A stretch of 64,000 bases of DNA, from NCBI GenBank assembly GCA_964187785.1, contig OZ076409.1, positions 86,492,001 through 86,556,000 of the forward strand, read 5' to 3'. The stretch comes from Amphiscolops sp. MND2022 (taxonomy: Eukaryota). Under the pieces are notes generated by a model, which was not told the origin of the DNA, made no database searches, and was given only the letters and a program-made list of their open reading frames with translations. Position numbers and translations under genes: made by a program. Below, one piece after another: positions 1 through 13,293 of this stretch. How positions within the stretch are numbered: the first letter of the stretch is position 1; each line of letters opens with the position of its first letter.

Positions 1-484
1 TTCGCTCAATATTTTTGAGAAATCAGTTCTTGAAATAACAAGCCGGCCACGGCCCAAATTGGCGCCCTGCTCAAGGTTCTCAAACATCAAGATTTTAAAA
101 TATGCAAAGGGGCACTATTGTGAGGATGTTATCAAATTTATATTGCCGGAAATACTCGAAGGGGCACCACATAAGAATCAAAAACTGGGAACATCAAAAA
201 GCTGGATTTTCTGAAAATTGACGTTTTTTCCAAAATTATCTTCTTCGGGAAAAAATCTCATAGTGCCGAAACAGGAGCTTTACGCTCGCCAAACACTTTT
301 TTCAGGTCGAAATCATTTAAGAAAATAAAGGGTACCCTTCGACCAAATGAAAATTTTTCGCAGAAAAGCTTCACATTGCCGAAAACCCCTAAATCTTTTT
401 CACAATTCATCCGTTCCACAGTACCTAAAAAAATCGAGGAGGTCACCCTTAAGACTCAGAAAACGGTTTTTCACAGAAAACCTC

Positions 485-670
485 TATAAATTGTGGAGAA
501 ATTTCTACTGTAAGATTCATTTCACCAGTAGTTCTGTATTGATAAGATATTACAAGATATACATGAAACCCATTATCCAATACGGACTCTTGATATATGG
601 GTGCACGAGGAAAAGTTTACTGAATTATATATTTCTTGTTCATAAAAAATTTCTCGGTATTCTGTTTTTT
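485..670 (+). pseudogene. Fragment of non-LTR retrotransposon (LINE) RT C-terminal region
   Basis: Translation ...LIRYYKIYMKPIIQYGLLIYGCTRKSLLNYIFLVHKKFLGILF resembles the 'Y...i.p.l.YG...wg.....l..i...qkk.lrii' stretch after LINE RT domains; cut off by the element starting at ~666. Confidence 0.5.
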
Positions 671-960
671 TGCACATGACGAAGTCAATGTGCATTGCAG
701 TCCAGCTAAGTAAGTTTTTTTTCCACTATAGTCAACTTCATAATGAGCGCCTTTTAGAAAAAAGCCAAAACCCCAGAGAGATTCGAACCTGCAGCCTCCC
801 GATTGCACGGCATAAGTGTTGACCACTGTGCCATAGGGACGTTATTGAACAAAGTTGAACTGTTGAATATATACGCATGCGATTAAAATAATATATATAC
901 GCATATTAAAATAACCAATGTCTTCGTCATGTGTTGCGAAGCACCGCTTCGCCTCTGTGT
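666..960 (+). mobile_element. HINE/DINE-1-like non-autonomous Helentron element, family 1, copy A
   Basis: T-run, 5' subTIR cacatgacgaag (673-684) with adjacent partial IR (tgcacat..atgtgca), 3' subTIR cttcgtcatgtg (922-933), terminal hairpin gcgaagc-acc-gcttcgc (936-952); near-identical copy at 48307-48605. Confidence 0.75.
769..840 (-). pseudogene. tRNA-like segment (Pol III A and B boxes) inside family-1 element
   Basis: Minus strand gtccctaTGGCACAGTGGtcaac...GGTTCGAATCtctctggggtt; A box, B box and rough acceptor stem present, anticodon and T stems pair poorly. Confidence 0.6.
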
Positions 961-2176
961 CAAATTAGGAAAAGCTTTTTTGAGACTGAACGGGGTCCCT
1001 CTGTTAAATATTTTTGTCCTTGCCCGTTTTCGAAAATTTATCAGAAGAGTCTACGAGCGTAAGCAAAAGACTGCTAATTTTGTTGCCGCGCCCACCTTCA
1101 AGCAGCTAAGGTATAGTCCTTTATAAGTGCCATAGTCTACAAAGGAGGGTTGTCTTAACAAAACTTAGAAGGGCTACTAATAATTGTAGCCCACTCATTT
1201 CTGACCATCAATAAAATTGTGATCAAACTAAACAGTTCCTTCATTCAGTCTGCGCGTACAGTTCCTTCATTCAGTCTGCGCGTATTAGGTCTAAGGTAAT
1301 CTCGCTAATTACTGGGAAGGGAAACGAAAACGATATGAATCACAGTTTCAAATATTTTATTCATGAGCATTGAATATGAAGGCAGGAATCGCAGTGACAC
1401 CTAATGGATGTTTAGGTTAAAGAATTCAATGAGACATGGTGAATATTGTGGCGGCTACAGAACAATTATGGCTCAACGTACCTCTGAGAAACGCTTGATT
1501 CGAATTTTGACGATGCACCTCAATTTAAGAATGAATATTTCATTACTTTGATTGAATGAGTTAAACGAGAGCATCAATATTTAACAATTCAAAAAAACAA
1601 TACTTTTCATCTTATAAAAGTAATGCCTAATTCATAATTTTTAAACAACTGATCTGGAACGCTTTGTTTTGAACTATACAAAATGTAAAATGAATAACAT
1701 GTATCAGTTTATTTTTCGGCATCTTGTAGAATAGATAGATGGGTCTTCCTCTGAATTATGCAGAGTGATACCCCATTAGACAAATATATGCTGTCACCCC
1801 CTAATAGTGAAGAGGCATGAACTGTTTACACACATGGTGCAAGTTCAGTTGTTTTAGAATATAGTTTAATAGCTTTTCGGAAAATAATTTCTTGGAACAG
1901 ATGTTCTGTATAAAGCTCGGACTTAACTCCAAGTCTTTGGCGCAGTCGATAAATCTGTAAGATTCTAATCTGTGCTTCAAGCCACATGAGTCCCTGAAGA
2001 ACTTGGGTTCAATTTGTATATTCGATAGATTTTTTTGGCATCATTTTAGTGTATCAGTTGTTAATCTTCGGAAAAATAATAGCGCTGGACCATACTTTTA
2101 GTCAGCGCTATTAGCAGTCGTGTGGGAGTTGAAATTCGACCGCTTTACTTTTTGTAGTGAACGTGCGAACTCGCCA

Positions 2177-3799
2177 TTTTTAGTCGGCTTTTTCGTAGAC
2201 AAAGCGTTTTTTTCCAGTAGCTCTTACGGAGCACAGATGGAGCAAATATACGGTATAGATCATTTGGGCTAGCCAGTGAATTATATCTTCTTTTTGACGT
2301 TATATACGAAGTAAGTTGCGTTTCACTAAAGAGGAGGTGGGGGTTCATGCGAGCTATATTGCGTTTTACTAAGGACGAGTTGGAGGTTCCAAAACGCTCC
2401 CATTTGTCCCCAGCACGCTTTATCCAAACTTTTGACGTTATATCCGAAGTAAATTGCGTTCTAAGAAGGAGGTGGTGGTGGCTCAAATATTGCGCTATAC
2501 CCGAATTTTTTAAGACCAGCGTACTGACAGATTTCTACCAGCATTTCAATAAGTAAATAACTCCTCACTGCCACATGGCCTAGTGGTTAACGCGAATTTG
2601 CTGTCCTGGTGGCGAGGTCTGAGAAGCAGGCGTGCGTGCGTTCGAATCTCACACTAAACCAAAAATTTTTTATGTTTGCAAAAGTAGGCGACCAAACTGT
2701 CCTCCCTTTAGGATTTTTGCGGCACTATACGACTTTTGAAAAACATCTCGTCGATCAAAGTGCCCCTTTATGATTTTTAGCAGGAACAAAGCGTTCGGCG
2801 AGCATAGAGGGCCACGTTCGTTTTTTCCGGAACCTTGCGACCTACCAAAGATTTTGAAAAAAAAATTCCGAATGTTTTTCCAATTTTTTTATGTTTCCTG
2901 AGAGGAAATCACTTTTCGGAGTCCAAAGGGTGACTTCATTGATTTATTTTTCGGTCGTGTGGAACGGATGAGAGTTTTCTCAGTAACTGTGAAAATGATT
3001 GGTATTTTTCTACACTGTGCGACTTCGAAAAAAAATCTTGTTTGGTCACTTTGAAGTGTACCCTCTTCACTTTCTTGGATGCTATCGACTGGAAACGTCT
3101 TTGGCGAGCTTAAAACTCCCCTTCCAGTAATATGTGACTTTTTCCGATGAAAGCTTTCGTAAAAACTCAATATTTATAATTTCTGCGGTAGCAGAATTTT
3201 TTTGGAATCTCAAGAATTCAACTTTTTTTGTTCAGTACAATCCTTGTTTTGATACTGAAAAATTCAGATGTTTTGATCGGCAGTGAGTATAAGCGTAAGA
3301 TTTGAAATTCTCAAGCTGCCGACAACAATTCTCGTGCGATGGAACGAGCGAGTGGTAATTATGCATTCGTACGCCGAATTCATTGGGATAAAGCGAACGA
3401 GTGTTAGTTATTCGTTCGCCGAGAGCTTCGCCTGCATTCAAATGCGATTGCGAAACTTCGTCTGCGCTTAGTAGTTATATTTTCTTCAGTCCGAGAAGAA
3501 TTAAAGGCGGTCTAAACTGGTAGAGTGATTAATTGTGCGCTATATAAATGATTAATATATGCTTCTATTTTTGAAGATGAAAACCTAAAAGCAGAAATAA
3601 TACTGTGCCCCGCAGGGACCTTTTTTCAAAATATTTTTTTTGTGTGTTTCGAGTTAGGGAAAAGTGGTTTTCGAGTCTTATGAGTAATCCCTTCGTGTGT
3701 TTTTCGACAATGTAAATTTGTTAAAATTTTCACAATAGTGTCCTTTGCATGTTTAAGAAAGTTGGTTTCATGAAACACTTGGGCCGTTCCTGGCTTGTT
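2177..3799 (+). mobile_element. HINE-like family 2 copy (degenerate) with tRNA-like segment and nested family-3 element
   Basis: 5' ttttagtcggc; tRNA-like TGGCCTAGTGG...GTTCGAATCT at ~2570-2655; 3' end cttgggccgttcctggcttgtt. Confidence 0.5.
3175..3618 (+). mobile_element. HINE-like family 3 copy
   Basis: Similar to 20888-21320 and 5883-6422; ends gcagaaataatactgtgccccgcaggg. Confidence 0.6.
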
Positions 3800-4551
3800 T
3801 CTCCTCACTCATTAATTACTCCACTGCTAGTAGACCTACAAATCTCAACTTCAGATTCTAAAAATCTGCACGGGCCTCTTGTTTGTGAAAAATCGGAAAA
3901 TGTTTCACTTCATAAGGATTCTCAAAGAAATAGTAACAAAAGTTTCAAGCCAAAGAATCTCGGCATTAGAATTGAGTTAAATTTGCATTCCTAGTTTCTA
4001 GTTCTATCGCGTAATTTCTACAAATTGTGTATACCCACAAAGTCCTGCGAGACAATGTTAGCTCTTTTCTGAACTGGCGTCGATCTTTGAGCATGCTTCA
4101 ATTTTTCCAAAAATTTCGGAGTGCTCTGGATCACCTTTTCGCCTGACAAAATTAGATACCAAATTTAATACATGGAAGTGCCGACTCGGTAATTTTCTGT
4201 GGGTGAATGGGAAAAACTAAAAAATCGACCTTTCCTCAGAATATAAAAATTCCCGAGCTATAAATTGTCATAGGACTCAAAGACTGTTGGCCAAGCCGGA
4301 TCATACAAAACGGAGACTGTTCTAGGAAACATAGCATGTTTTTCAAGTCCGATTTAGGTGTTAAGTTGTACTCAATTGTTGCCCTAAATTTTCCATGAGA
4401 AGCAATTGACACTAATCGAAAATGCGGAGTGGTGTACGCCTATATTGCAATTGGTAGTCAAAATAGCGCAATGTTTATCATAAGTGTTTTCTGAGTCAGG
4501 GTTAAAACACGCTATAACCGAATGCGTTTTATCATCCCAACAGCTGATAGG

Positions 4552-5509
4552 CGTCAAACGATGCCTGTTATCCAAATAAAATCTCGAAATCGCTATTACC
4601 TGTCATTTTAATGTGAAAAACCTGTCTGACCGAAACTCTGGGGAAAAGAAATGTTGATATGCAAGTGAGGCACGTTGATTGAAATACTGATGTAAAAGCG
4701 TACTTCGATAGATAAAACTGGAAATGATTCGTTAAAAAAACTACGTGGTCTACAAATACGCTGCATGAAACGCCTTCCTAGACACCTAGGGCGCTACTAT
4801 GCGCAATGAAAACTCGGAAATCGCTCCTCTGTTGCGGCACATTGCGACTTTCAAAAATGTCTTTAATCAAAGTGACATCTTATGATTTTTAGCAGGAACA
4901 AAGCGTTTGGCTACCATAGAGGGCCACGTTCGTTTTTTTTTCAATGCGACCTACCGAAGATTTTGAAAAATTTTGTTGAGGAATTTTTTCCGAATGTTTT
5001 TCCAATTTTTGGTTTTTCGAGATTTTCTGAGAGGAAATAACTTTTCGGAGTCCTAAAGGTGATTTCATTGATTTATTTTTTTGGTCGTGTGGAACGGATG
5101 AGAGTTTTCTCAGTAGCTGTGGAAGTGATCTACGGCATTTTTTGGCGCTGTGCGCTTCGAAAAAATCTTATTGGTCAAACAAAGTGTACCCCTTCATTTT
5201 CTTGAATGTTTTCGCCTGGAAATCATCGTCAAACGATGCCTGTTATCGAAATAAAATCTTGAAATCGCTTTTACCTGTCATTTTAATGTGAAAAACCTGT
5301 CTGACCGAAACTCTGGGGAAAAGAAATGTTGAAATGCAAGTGAGGCACGTTGATTGAAATACTGATGTAAAAGCGTACTTCGATAGATAAAACTGGAAAT
5401 GATTCGTTAAAAAAACTACATGGTCTACAAATACGTTGCATGAAACGCCTTCCTAGACACCTAGGGCGCTACTATGCGCAATGAAAACTCGGAAATCGCT
5501 CCTCTGTTG
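4552..5509. repeat. Direct repeat of ~283 bp (4552-4834 and 5227-5509) around a family-2 internal fragment
   Basis: Both copies run cgtcaaacgatgcctgttatc...gctcctctgttg; the spacer resembles 2717-3100. Confidence 0.85.
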
Positions 5510-5882
5510 AGAGGGATAGAAATTTCTCAAAAATTATTGAACAAGCACTTTCATTTTTGTTTTTCCCGTATTTTCAGTTCGTAAATTTCGTTTTTTTTTA
5601 AACCTTAAGGGTTCCTCCTTTGGGTAATTTCTGTATTGTATGACATTTTGAAGTTGTATTTCACCAATTTGTCACTCATGGTGAGAGTTTGTTTCAAACC
5701 AGTGTCGAAATTCTGTATCTTTTCTAGGTAAATTATCCTCGACAGTGATCTCGTCCTCAAATGAGTACAGTGATTTTTTTTGCAATCAGTGAAAAAAATA
5801 TGAAACGCAAAAAGCATACAGGGAAACGAAAATTTGTCTCCCTAATCGACAATCTATTGAACTATCTGGGGTGAGTTGCTAT

Positions 5883-6422
5883 TAATATTTCTGCTTTAGC
5901 AGGAATATTATTGTAACCTCAAACTTTCTACTTTTTTTTTCAGTACAATTCTTGTGATACTGAATAATTTAGATATTTTGTTCGGCAGTGACTGTAAGCG
6001 TGGGAAATAAATTTCTCAAGCTGCCGACAATTCAATTCTAGTGCGATGGAACGAGCGAGTGGTAATTATCCATTCGTATGCTGACGTCATTGAGATGAAG
6101 CGAGCGAATGTTCGTAATTGTGCTTTCGTTGCCCCGAGTTATTGAGATGAATCGAATGAGTGTTAATTATTCGTTCGTTGAGAGCTTCGCCTGCATGCGA
6201 ATGCGAAACTTCGTCTTCGCTTAGTAGTTATATTTTCTTTAGTCCGAGAAGACTTAAAGGCGGTGTAAACTTGTACAGTGATTACATGTAATTGTGTGCT
6301 AAATAATGATTAAACAAGAGTGTATTAGTATTCCAGATATGATTCTTTTATTAATGATTTTTTTGTTTCAAAAAAATGAATATTAAAGCTGAAATGGTAC
6401 TGAGCCCCGGAGGGGCCTATTT
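5883..6422 (+). mobile_element. HINE-like family 3 copy (diverged)
   Basis: Start atatttctgctttagcagga, shared core gagcgagtggtaattat...gagagcttcgcctgcat, end hairpin gcccc-gga-ggggc. Confidence 0.6.
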
Positions 6423-6508
6423 TTAGTTTTAATATAGCTTTTCTCCGAGCCACCGGCAAGTGAAAAGCAATGGAAAAAAGTGAAAGTTTGCAAAATATTA
6501 CATTTCAG

Positions 6509-6820
6509 AACAAGACGGGAACGTTCAAAGTCCGCGCTATATCTACGGCTCAACAAGCGCAAAGTTTTGAAAATTGTAATGAGGGATTTTTTGGGCTTTT
6601 TGAAAGTCCAATTTGTTTCAAATATCAAAAAAAATGAAGGGGCCCTTTGAAGGCAAAAAAAATCGAAAAAATAGCACAGTGGCAAAAACAATTGAAAGAG
6701 GGGACCCTTCATTCTCGTCCGCTTTCGCAATTGCTCGAAAAAGTTTCTGCCTGAAGCAAGGACTCCAACCCGTGACGACTGGGTTCACCGTAAACTCATT
6801 AAAGTCTGTACTAACAAGTT
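6509..6820 (-). mobile_element. HINE-like family 2, 3' half only
   Basis: aacaagacgggaacg...agtccgcgc terminus, typical internal gaaagaggggaccctt repeats, B-box-like segment ~6755-6775. Confidence 0.45.
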
Positions 6821-9293
6821 TATTAGGAGAAACTCACTGAAAAGTGTCAAAACACCCAAACATCCTAATTAAGTAATCTATACAGCGATATGTAAGGTCT
6901 AAGTCAAGGTTTGTTTCAGAGCCTCTATTAGCATTCGCCTGGGTCTTACTTGCATTGCCGTAAAACCTACAAAATCCTGTAAAGTGTCAGTTTAACTGTC
7001 CAAAACTATTTGTTCACTTGGGGAGTATTTCTCGCCATAAGATGTAAACTGCCCAAATTAACCCATTTTTGATGGAACATGACTCATTCCAGTACGTGAT
7101 TTTATTTTCGAGTTTCTTTTTTGAGCTTTGAGTAACTGGGTCAATTATTGTAGTGTTCCTTTTCTCCGAATAATTTAAAGTCTTTCTACATTGGTCATAA
7201 ATTCAATCCTGTGCATTTAGTAACACTCCAACCAGCAAAATGCTGTTTGGATCAGTCCCTCAAGAAGTTCCACCATTTGTGCCAGAGAATGCTATCTTTC
7301 CCAAAGTCCTGCAAGTATGAGTAAGTCTAGCATCCGCTGTGACCGTGCTTCAAGGAATAAAAGTACTTTTATTCGAAATTCCGCACCAAACAACTTCGAC
7401 GACAAGCACTTTTCGCAAAGATCTGAGAATTTTGTAGAGGAACTCGTTTGTTGAATTCGAATGGAACCGCCAATTGTGGAATTTTGTCGAATTCAAAAAC
7501 TAGTAACGACAGTGGAAACACCGGAAAGAGGAAAAGCAGTGCCCTTGTCTGAAGTTTCAAAATTTGCAGAGTGCCGAAGACCCTCATTTATTGTTGTCTT
7601 CAATTGTTCAATGGGATTAACTAACTTGTAGATCAGATGACACAGGCCCAAAAGATAATGGATGTCGTGAAACTGTTTTCTTTCCAATTGAGCAACAGAA
7701 AGATCTCAATGAGATGAGCCTTGAAACGGCCAAATCGGTGGAAGACGAGAAGTCTTCGATAATTGACGAAAGTAAAAACCATTGACGTTTACTCTAATTT
7801 TGAAGAAGCGCCTGTTTCTCAGGCAGTCAGGTAATCAGTGAACTTGATTTCAATTTTTATAGTGGATGTGTCAGTGTTGAAGATACACCCGACGACTGAG
7901 AATTACAAGCAGTCAAGTTTTTTCAAAAGCCCAACGAAAAGGACCCAAAAGAAAGGGGAATGTCATTATCACGGAATTCTGCATTACTGTTGAACTTGAT
8001 TCAGACCCATCATTGCGTTATGCCGAACGAGGTACCAATAAGCTTCGAGATTGATTTGGAGAATGGGAAGTGACAGTCTTTTCTAAGTATGAAAAAACAC
8101 CCTTTGTTTTCAAAATTTGAACTTTCAAAAATGAATCGATAAAGAACGTTGTTGAAGTATACGACAAACACATGTGAAATGAAAAGATCCTGATCTTCCA
8201 TGTCTAGTTCAAAAATTATTGTATTTTTGTAGATGTTTGTGTTTTTCGATGTGAAGCTGGACAATTACAAGCTATTTTAAAAACATTTTTGAGCAAGCTG
8301 GAATTTTGTTCTAACGCTGTCAATTCATTTTGTTATCGTTTGCTTTCCCTCAGCATCTATTTTAATTTTCTTAGCAGCCAGGGGGACTTGAGAGCGTCTG
8401 CGTTCAAGCAAGATGTTTGAAAGGTCATTACCACTCTGGTAGTACTTTCTTTTACTCCGATAAAGCTTTTTGACCATCGTCAAAATATACGAACTACCAG
8501 AACTAATCTTTAAAACACTTATAACATCCCAAATGTTTTTCAGCAGAGCCCATTGTTGACCCATTTTGTTTGTTGTTCGTGTCAATAAAATAGACCTACT
8601 GAAGCTTTTATGTAGACTGTCTAATGTTTCTTGAAAGATAACCTGTCAGGAGCCACTAATAGTAGTCGCGGATAATTTCAGCGAGGCAAAACAGCAAGAA
8701 GTTCGTTATTTAAGGTTCTCGTGTTGTTCGATATGGCGGTATTAATGTTGTTCGATAACAATGTGTTGTTCGATAACAGTGGCGACATCACGAGTGAGAA
8801 CTATTCAAATCTGTAACAAATTGAGATTGATGATAATTTTGATGATGGTCAATGAGAAGTTTGACAAATCCATAGCATTCAGTGTAACCATTAATGACGA
8901 ACAAAAGCCTTCGAAAGTGGCAGGTGTTTCAGTGCTGGGTATTTATGGTAAAAGTGTATTCAGAATGTGTGTCCAAAAATGTGGGGGATCACCTAGGCCT
9001 TTCATTAGCTGATTTTAAAAAGTGCACTTTAACGTGAGTCAAGAAAAAATGCAGACAAGCAAAAGCTGTTGGACTTGATCTACAAACACGTTTAAGCGAA
9101 AGATTAAATCAGTTTCATTAAAAAGTCAGCTAGCAATCACTGGGTAATTGGAGGACAAAAGTGAACAGCAAACAAAAGTGAATTTGAGATCGAGTCAAAT
9201 GAATGATCAGTTGAGTATTCTTTAAATCATTCAATGGTTTTTCCAAAGTAGCAATGGCATCACATTAGCAAAAGAAACATCAATAGGCTAAGA

Positions 9294-10682
9294 CTAGATG
9301 CTGCGGACAGTTATACATAGGCGGTCATTGTGAGAATAATAACAAGGATGAATGAAAAATGACACGTGCAGAAATTGTACAAAACAAGGGTCAAGTTTAT
9401 TGCCGGCTCGATGTGTCGGTGCGGACACGACTTGTGCAAATCCAAGCCTTTTAAGTAAGTCTCCGATCTTGGAAAAGTTTGCGGAATTGAAATCTCCCAC
9501 GATAAGTGCAGTATTGTCAGTGATGACATTTTTCTGGCTATTCATGAAAGCGGACTCACAAGACTGGTGAGTTCGATACACTCCTATCATTGAAAATCGT
9601 TTCGACGGTAGAGTTACTTTGATCAGCGAAGAGTTGATTGAGAAGTCAGTGTTGACTTCTGTCGAAAAAGCGCTCAATCCGCGACCTTGTCCTTTCAGAT
9701 GTTTGACTTTCAAGAACTTGGGATGGATTACAGGATCTGGATGTTCGGATTCCAGCCACGTCTCACAAAGCATCAGAACGTTACATGAAGTGACTAAAGG
9801 ATCTGATTTGAGGTCTTCCAAATTTGCACTTAGGGATTGAATGTTCAGACAGCAAATAGTGAGCTGTTCCGTTTCCATAAAGGTTTTAGCAGCAGAAGTT
9901 GGGGACCTGTCATGCAATTGGAGAAAATCACACATAACTTTGACTTCTTCATTACATCTGATCTGCCTCGGTGCAAATTGACAAGTTATTGAAATATCAG
10001 TCATAGTTTTGGCTCTACATATGCCGTTCCTGATTATAAATTTTTGTCCCACTTGATGACCACCCTTCGACCAGCACGAAAAGTTTACCCCCTGCACCTT
10101 GTGACAGGTCAAAGCCCAAGCAAGACGAAGGGGCAGTTGAATCAAATGTGAACGCCCACCGCGCTGGCCTTTTCCACCAAGATTGTATGTAACAAAAACT
10201 TTGAAGATTGGAACTGATCCCGGATATGTTTTTTGGAACTGTGGGTATTGCTGGGACGAGGTCTTACCGACAAGATCATCATCGAATTTCACAAGGACAC
10301 AATCGATTTGACAAAGATCCGAAGCTATTACTCCCACAGTTTCTCCCAACTGGCCGTTTGTTAAAGCATCTTTGACCTCGACATTATACACGAGCATTAC
10401 TCCAGAACCCACTTTGAAATGAACTAAGTCGCTATACGCGGTGTCGTCAATTCTTCCATCCACATTTTTCGGTCGACAACCTACAGGTGAAGTAATGACA
10501 GACTTTGAAAAATACAACTGACCTGCTAAACTGTTGAGTTTATTCTCATTATATAAGTCAACTTCAGCGTTCGTGTAGAAAATACGTGTGGCATTAAGTT
10601 GGCAAAAGAGGATCGTTTTCCGAAATTTGCATAGAGGATAGCAGTTTGATGTCTTCTTCTGATAGAGGAGCTGTTCTGACAT
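9294..10682 (-). pseudogene. Pif1-like helicase C-terminus fused to apurinic/EEP endonuclease domain (Helentron)
   Basis: Helicase motifs QLPLRLAWALTCHKVQG then EEP motifs CLNIQSL/LCETW/VGDFN/PTH..GNKLD/YYSH; internal frameshift. Confidence 0.85.
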
Positions 10683-10720
10683 GCTGTAGCGTTTTTATCC
10701 ACTTGGAAACGCCTGTTTGC

Positions 10721-10778
10721 CTAAAAAAAATGAAAAGAACGTAATTTGGAATCACACAAAAAACAAAGTTATAATAAC
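10721..10778 (-). other. 58-nt GT-AG intron in the Helentron helicase gene
   Basis: ag|gttatt...ttttttttag|g; removal restores TNHR-QTG..W..TLQHVR, the Pif1 NHRQ motif. Confidence 0.75.
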
Positions 10779-11300
10779 CTATGATTAGTTTGGAGGACGA
10801 CAGAGTCAAAGTGCACCCAGAGGTTGCAGAAATCGTAATTGTCGGCATATTTCTGTGACCGAGGTTGTTCGAAAATACAACGACCACGAACTGGTTGCAA
10901 CTGAAGGAGATCGCCGAAAAGCAAAACAGCAACGCCTCCGATTAGACGATCATTTTGTTTAATTTGTTGCAGCCTTTCATGGAGTTGGAAGAACAAATCA
11001 GACCGGACCATACTCATCTCATCCACAATCACCAACACTAAGTCCTCCAGTGAATTACGAAGGCTGTCGAGTGAGCTATCTCCAAGGGCAATGATTTCAT
11101 CTCCGAAGTTCAGTTTGAAGGCGGAATGCAACGTATTGCCGTTCACGAGCGAAGCTGCCATTCCAGTCGGGGCAACAACCAAAGTTTTTGGTTTTTCGAG
11201 TTCTGAACCACTAGCAATTAGTACAGAAGTTGCATAATTCATTATACAGTTTATCAATTTAGTTTTGCCCGTCCCCGCTTCTTGAACAATAACTAGAGGA
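10779..11300 (-). pseudogene. Pif1-like helicase N-terminal part (Walker A/B)
   Basis: AGTGKT (~11265-11282), VAPTGMAA, GNTLHSAF, VIVDEMSMV, GGVAVLLFGDLLQLQPV. Confidence 0.9.
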
Positions 11301-11988
11301 GGCGTCGGATCTCGACCACGAACAAATTGATGAGAGAAACTTGCAATCAGATCAAAGAGTTGCCGCTGTTCTCTATGAAGCGATCGAATCGACTCTCTAA
11401 CTTCTGTGGGTTGCGGAAGCTTGACAGACGGTAGAGAACCTGCTTAATTGGGCACTCTGGAGATCGTCGAAGTCGTCTTCAATCATTTGTTGCCCTTGAG
11501 GATCCAGGGAGTCGCCAATATGCTGCGCTCTGTAAGCAGAGGAGTCCATAGAAGTCAGGCACTCTTCATTGGGGTCAGTTTCTTTTGTTAAGGGGAAAAC
11601 TTTCAACTTGTTTTCGTTAATAGTTTGTCGATTATCATGATATAATTTGACAGAAGCCTCAGGCGAATGTCGGTGCAATTCTTCAACTTTCCAAGGCAAG
11701 TACAACAAACACTATGTGTATACAAACTCGTGACTTTCAGTCTTTTTTAGAGTCATGAAGGCGCAAAACACATGGTCTTTTTCTTGAACGCATTACACCT
11801 GTATTGTCCTTCAATTTCACGAAAGTTGGAAGGCCGCGTTTCGTTTGCTTTTTTCTGCTATCGGAAGCCAGGTGCTGAAGTGTAATTAAAAACAAACTCG
11901 GCCAGACACATGTTTTCAAGAGAGTTCGGCCGTTTCCTTTTTTTTTCGTGTAAAATTAAGGTCCACACATACGAACCGTCGCGGCCTT

Positions 11989-13293
11989 CTATTTGAACAT
12001 TTTTTTTTGTGTTTGTTCATCATCCATCCATTTCGATAACTGATACCTGTTTTCAGGAAAACAAGTGGCTAGAAATACCGTCGTTATATTCGAGTCTTTC
12101 AAGTGCGAGTTGCTCAGAAGTCTGTAAGTTGCCTCGCATGCTCCGATTTGCCTGTGAGTCAAGTAGACACTTTTCAAAATTGTCAGCAATTGCAGTATTG
12201 ATGTCTCGGTCAGTTATGTTGTTTCACAGTCTGTTTCAACACGTCAGTCAGTCCTGTTTCGTCTTTCGAGTAGTAATCGCAAATATATGTCACAGTAGCG
12301 TACGTATCACTGCAATATTGGAGGTCCATGTTTCCATTCCACGCTGTCAGCCAGTTCGTGTTGTAATTGTTTATGTACGACTCGTTGTTTCGTTTGAGAA
12401 TGACTTTTTCCTCTCTAATAAACGCGGAGAGCGGATTGATAGTCTTCGCGTGAAACGTTGAGTTGTTGATAAAAGTCCTCGAAGGTGGCAGGCAGGTTGG
12501 GATCAGTCAAGAGAGTCTTGGCTTTCAGCAGAATCTGACGACTTCGTGCCAAAGACTTATCGGTTTCAGAAACAGATGGGTGAGCAATGAGAGTCAATTC
12601 TGACGGTAGTTTAGGAAAACCAAACCTACGGGAAGATGTTCTCTTCAGGCATGATTTTGAAGGATGATGCGTTTGGATTTGTTCAATAATTGGACGGAGA
12701 GAGTCGGCATTTGATGGCAAAGCGCAGGTGATGTATTTGTCAATCAGTCTTGCAGCTAATTCAGTCTCCGAAAGTTGGACATTCCTCTGCAAAAACTCTG
12801 TGTAACCACAGGCAACCAAGGACGTGCGCCATTCCTCTCAACTGCATTTCAACACGACAGGTAAAAAAGAAACTGTCAAGTAACCTTCATGATGTGACAT
12901 TACAATTTTCTTGAAGAATGACTGAACTCTTTTGTTGAAAATCCGTGTAACATGTACAGCAAGCTCACTTAGAACTGTGGCTTTTTCTATGGGTTCAGAA
13001 GCCAAAAACTGATCAAGAGGCTCGTCCTCAATGAAAACTTCGTGATACGCAGCAGGTGCTGCAGAGGTACTCTGACAAAAAATCGTATGTCCCTTTGATT
13101 TCAAAATGCTTACCGAAACTTCCGGCCATCTCATTTCGGCGCTAGAATGTAAAGAAGAACTCGAGAGGCCTAGTTGCTTGATTTTCGCAAGAAGTTCATT
13201 GCGGGCAACTCTCCAGTACTGGATTGTTCCACGAAGCCTCTGGAACACACTTTGAATGTCATCTTGATTAATTTTAATTGTTCCATCATCCAT
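11989..13293 (-). pseudogene. Helitron Rep (HUH/Y2 endonuclease) region, frameshifted
   Basis: LRGTIQYW...SAEMRW; RVEMQLRGMAHVLGCLW (second His of HUH replaced by Leu, ~12820); QTHH.SKSC..RFGFP; YICDYYSK (Y2). Confidence 0.85.

Noticed and set aside
769..840. Functional tRNA gene (also ~2570-2655, ~48415-48485, ~55520-55560)
   Set aside because: Anticodon and T stems pair poorly and all copies sit inside dispersed repeats.
1232..1283. 26-bp perfect tandem duplication
   Set aside because: Two copies only; ordinary slippage.
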